A stretch of DNA of 64,000 nucleotides from an uncultured Acidobacteriota bacterium (GTDB lineage: Bacteria; Acidobacteriota; Polarisedimenticolia; J045): positions 4,992-68,991 of the forward strand of contig CAVPCQ010000038.1 in assembly GCA_963702425.1 (NCBI GenBank). The letters run 5' to 3'. A program made the position numbers and the translations under genes. Under the pieces are notes generated by a model, which worked only from the letters and a program-made list of their open reading frames with translations, searched no databases and was not told where the DNA came from. Below are positions 62,706 to 64,000 of the stretch, piece after piece. The first letter of the stretch is position 1; each line of letters opens with the position of its first letter.

Positions 62706-64000
62706 GCGGCTGGCCGAGGTCCAGGACCTCTCCTCCGCGCAGGCGCTCCTGGAGTGGGACCAGCGCACGATGATGCCGGCGCGCGGCAGTTCGGCGCGGG
62801 CCGAGGCGCTGGCGACGGTCGTCAAGCTGGGCTTCGAGCGCTTCGCGTCGGACGAGGTCGGCGCGCTGCTCGACGCGCTCGGGCCGTGGGCGGCGGCGCT
62901 CCCGTACGAGAGCGACGAGGCGTCGCTGGTCCGCGTGACGCGCCGCGAGTACGACAAGGCGCGCCGCGTGCCGGCGGCGCTCAAGGCGGAGATCGCGCGG
63001 ACCGCGGCGATCGCCGGGGACGCATGGATCGAGGCCCGCAAGGCCTCCGACTTCGCCGCCTTCCGGCCGCACCTGGAGCGGATCATCGCGCTCAAGCGCG
63101 AGTACGCGGCCTGCCTCGCCGCGCCGGGGACCGTTCCCTACGATGCACTGCTCGACGACGACGAGCCGGGCTTCACCTCGGCCGCGGCGGCGCGGATGTT
63201 CGACGCGCTGGGGGCGGGATTGACGCCGCTGCTCGACACCGTCCGGTCGCGCACGGGCGCCGTCGACGAGCGCCTGCTCGCCGGTCACTTCCCGGCCGAC
63301 CGGCAGCGCGCGTTCTGCCTCACAGTGCTGCGCCGGATCGGCTTCGACGACGAAGGGTTCCGGCTCGACGTCTCGGCCCACCCGTTCGAGACGAGAATGT
63401 CCGCGGGCGACGTCCGCATGACGACGCGCTACGACGAGAGCCGGCTGAGCGACGCGTTCTTCGGCTGCGTCCACGAGCTGGGCCACGCGCTCTACGAGAG
63501 CGGGATCAACCCAGCGCTGGCGCGTACGCCGCTCGATCACGGGACCTCGATGGGGGTCCACGAATCGCAGAGTCGGCTCTGGGAGAACGTCGTCGCGCGC
63601 GGGCTGCCGTTCTGGCGGTACGCCTACCCGGGGCTGCAGCGGGCCTTCCCGGAGCCCTTCGAGCGCGTCCCGCTCGAGGCGTTCTGGCGCGCGATCAACA
63701 GGGTCGAGCCGTCGCTGATCCGGGTCGAGGCCGACGAGGTGACCTACAACCTGCACGTGCTGCTGCGCTTCGAGCTGGAGCGCGCGCTGATCGCGGGCGA
63801 CCTGGCAGTGGCCGACCTCCGGCCGCGTGGAACGAGGCGATGCGGAGGAACCTCGGCATTGCGGTCCCCGACGACCGGCGCGGCGTGCTGCAGGACATCC
63901 ACTGGTCGCAGGGGGACTTCGGCTACTTCCCGACCTACACGCTGGGGAACGTGATCGCGGCGCAGCTCTGGGAATCCGCGACGGCCGAGCTGCCGGGGCT
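62677..64000 (+). pseudogene. M32 carboxypeptidase (Taq-type), 3' end beyond the window; -1 frame disruption at ~63817-63822
   Basis: GTG 62677 (GGAGAGGA upstream). Motifs seen: LLEWDQRTMMP, HPF, CVHELGHALYE (HExxH), GVHESQSRLWEN. The frame breaks after ..GDLAVADL. The next frame reads (P)AAWNEAMRRNLGIAVPDDRRGVLQDIHWSQGDFGYFPTYTLGNVIAAQLWE.. to the window end. Adding one C to the CC at 63819-63820 would restore the frame. Confidence 0.8.

Overview
This is a very GC-rich bacterial chromosomal segment (GC judged by eye, not computed). It is densely coding, with about 45 protein genes, and I recognised no rRNA, tRNA, CRISPR array, integrase or transposase gene. Most long ORFs in the six-frame track are Arg/Ala/Pro/Gly-rich shadow frames of the real genes.

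Gene content, left to right:
- Housekeeping: a MidA-type methyltransferase, an acyl-CoA dehydrogenase and FabI.
- A transporter-HEAT-cNMP fusion protein.
- A response regulator / histidine kinase / secreted phosphatase-kinase-like operon.
- An SGNH / carbamoyltransferase / SxtJ / DUF5989 cassette.
- A small nucleotidyltransferase pair.
- Carbohydrate esterase and glycosidase-like lipoproteins.
- A MacAB-type efflux system and two APC-family permeases.
- Many secreted hydrolases: tricorn-like S41, serine beta-lactamase family, M14, S8, S9 and M32.
- OsmC, a cysteine-synthase-like enzyme and a PEPCK-like enzyme.
- Flotillin, an aspartate aminotransferase fused to an HprK/PEPCK-fold domain, and a sigma-70 factor.
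- MqnA and an HD-GYP plus TPR-cNMP pair.

Most notable observations:
1. Two near-identical copies of a 163-bp MITE flanked by CTAG. One copy splits a TonB-C-domain gene. The other sits exactly in the CTAG shared by two convergent stop codons.
2. A REP-like hairpin family (GTAGGGGCCGGCCTCTGTGCCGGCCC), with tandem arrays in several intergenic regions.
3. A 660-bp non-coding region holding a 28-bp x3 tandem repeat and a 40-nt inverted repeat.
4. At least seven single-base frame disruptions in otherwise intact genes. These are either indel errors in the assembly or pseudogenisation.
5. Several unusual domain fusions.

Functional calls come from motifs I read in the translations. No database search was run.
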